Part shown: in pieces, positions 62,623 to 64,000 of the stretch
Layout of the letters: each line of letters opens with the position of its first letter
Position numbering within the stretch: the stretch's first letter is position 1
Assembly (NCBI GenBank): GCA_002633005.1
Contig: NMRA01000186.1
Span: forward strand, 128,935 to 192,934
Direction: 5' to 3'
DNA from: Phoronis australis
Lineage: Eukaryota > Animalia > Phoronida
DNA: 64,000 bases
The notes under the pieces: model-generated
Database searches by the model: none
What the model was told of the DNA's origin: nothing
What the model saw: only the letters and a program-made list of their open reading frames with translations
Program-made: the position numbers and the translations under genes

Positions 62623-63558
62623 ACAGTACACACCATGGATTTTTGCACATTTCTAATTACCGGTGGCCACAAACTAAATGTATGAAGTAAAACTTAGTCA
62701 AATCCATGATTATTTTGTGTCATTAGCTCAAAATTTTGATTTCTCTTTCAATTTTGCCAATTTCCACATTTCCCGCCATGTGACATCATGGGTTGAACAC
62801 AAGAGATCTTGCTGATCTCTAGCATTGAACAACGGCGGAGAGTAGGGAATTTGAAAGCGACAACGATTATGAGCAAGAAATGAACAAATACTATGAAGAA
62901 ACGTACGAGAATGGTGGCCAGGATGACGAAATGGGGTTGCACGAAAGCGAAAACGAGTTTGATATGTTTTCAGCTGCGTACTTTTCTACTTTGAGGCCAT
63001 ACGAACTGGATCCTCCCGTGAGAGAAGCGGCCTCGGGCACGGCCAGTCAACCCAGTCATCCAACAGACCATCCTGAATAAAGAGCCGATGTTTCTGAATA
63101 GTAAATATTGTCCTTTATTGAACCAGGCCTTCATCGTAACATCTCCTCTGGTTGGAGTCGAAACACGACTCCTCAAAGTGGGCAGAATACAGAGTGGCTC
63201 CGGACAGAATCGCCTGGTCCACGCTGAGGTCCCACACTCTCATTCGGCGCACGAAGCGATGCCACCGAGACGTTCTCCGTCTGACTGCTGTTGCTGCAGC
63301 CTCCGCAAACACATCTTTTCATCCCTCTACGAACCTTCTTGATGCTAAATATACTTTACATTCACTTCACTCTATACACTTAGTTGCTGATCCGAACAGT
63401 GTGCCGAACGACTTGGGTTCAACCGATGACGTTGTACATAATTATTATTTTTTTCAAATTACGTGTTTCTTTATGAACTGTGCACTAAGGGCACTAAAAT
63501 CTAGTAAGATATAATAATAAAATTTATTTTGAGGTACTAGAGTCATGTTGCATACACT
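62623..63558. mobile_element. Internally deleted Kolobok-like element (THAP fragment on minus, KolX-like start on plus)
   Basis: TTAA flanks with degenerate TIRs; minus strand from 63322 MKRCVCGGCSNS..HRF/VRRMRVW..LYSAHFEESCF; plus strand from 62880 an acidic ORF with PYELDPP. Confidence 0.65.
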
Positions 63559-63566
63559 TTAAGTAC

Positions 63567-64000
63567 CATTACCAGCAATTCGTAAACTAGGTCATCCGCC
63601 AGGTTCTCTGCGTATCATCGCTTATGGACCAGTTAGCGCTTCACGCTCCGCGTGTCTACTGGAGACGAAAGACCAGGAAGGTTGTTCTACATTTTGTAGC
63701 CCAAAGTTCAAATATATTCCGTTAAAAAGGAAAGACAAAACATATTATTACAGATGTCTGGCCAATATCATGAGTCAACACTCGTAAGCAAATCAAAGCT
63801 TGCCTTATCTCGCACTACCTCAATCGACTAGTTTTCAGTTCGCAATGGCAACAATACAATTCTCATAAATTCAACTTGTAATGACCACTTTCAATTTTAA
63901 ACCATGCCCGAAGTACTCGGAAACAAATTATTGTTAGGTACAACGAGGTTTTTTCCTCTGAAGTGGATCGTAAAAACCTCAGGTGAGTTTTCCGCACATA
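63567..64000. mobile_element. Second copy of the GPCR-disrupting TIR element (runs off the window)
   Basis: High similarity to 57874-58345. Confidence 0.88.

Overview
Intron-rich animal genomic DNA, probably a lophotrochozoan such as a mollusc (inferred from gene and repeat content). Host genes: (1) ten coding exons of the N-degron E3 ligase UBR3 on the minus strand (20264 to 547, continuing beyond the window), with a two-exon secreted C-type lectin gene nested antisense in intron 7; (2) a SUMO1-type gene on the plus strand, head-to-head with UBR3 (about 26.3-32.9 kb); (3) an uncharacterised single-pass membrane protein (39458-40504); (4) an intronless DNAL1, probably a retrogene; (5) the last exon of a GH35 beta-galactosidase, whose preceding intron appears to contain a divergent 7TM GPCR split by a TIR element. 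The rest is a mix of mobile elements: TTAA-flanked Kolobok/THAP elements, hAT elements with 5-bp TSDs, a Helentron/DINE-like element carrying about nine CTCF-like motifs, a tRNA-containing mini-LTR element (TRIM) next to a degenerate hammerhead-like motif, LINE fragments, MITEs and minisatellites. Two tandem duplications centred on N bases are probably assembly artefacts. All calls come from reading the sequence; no searches were run.
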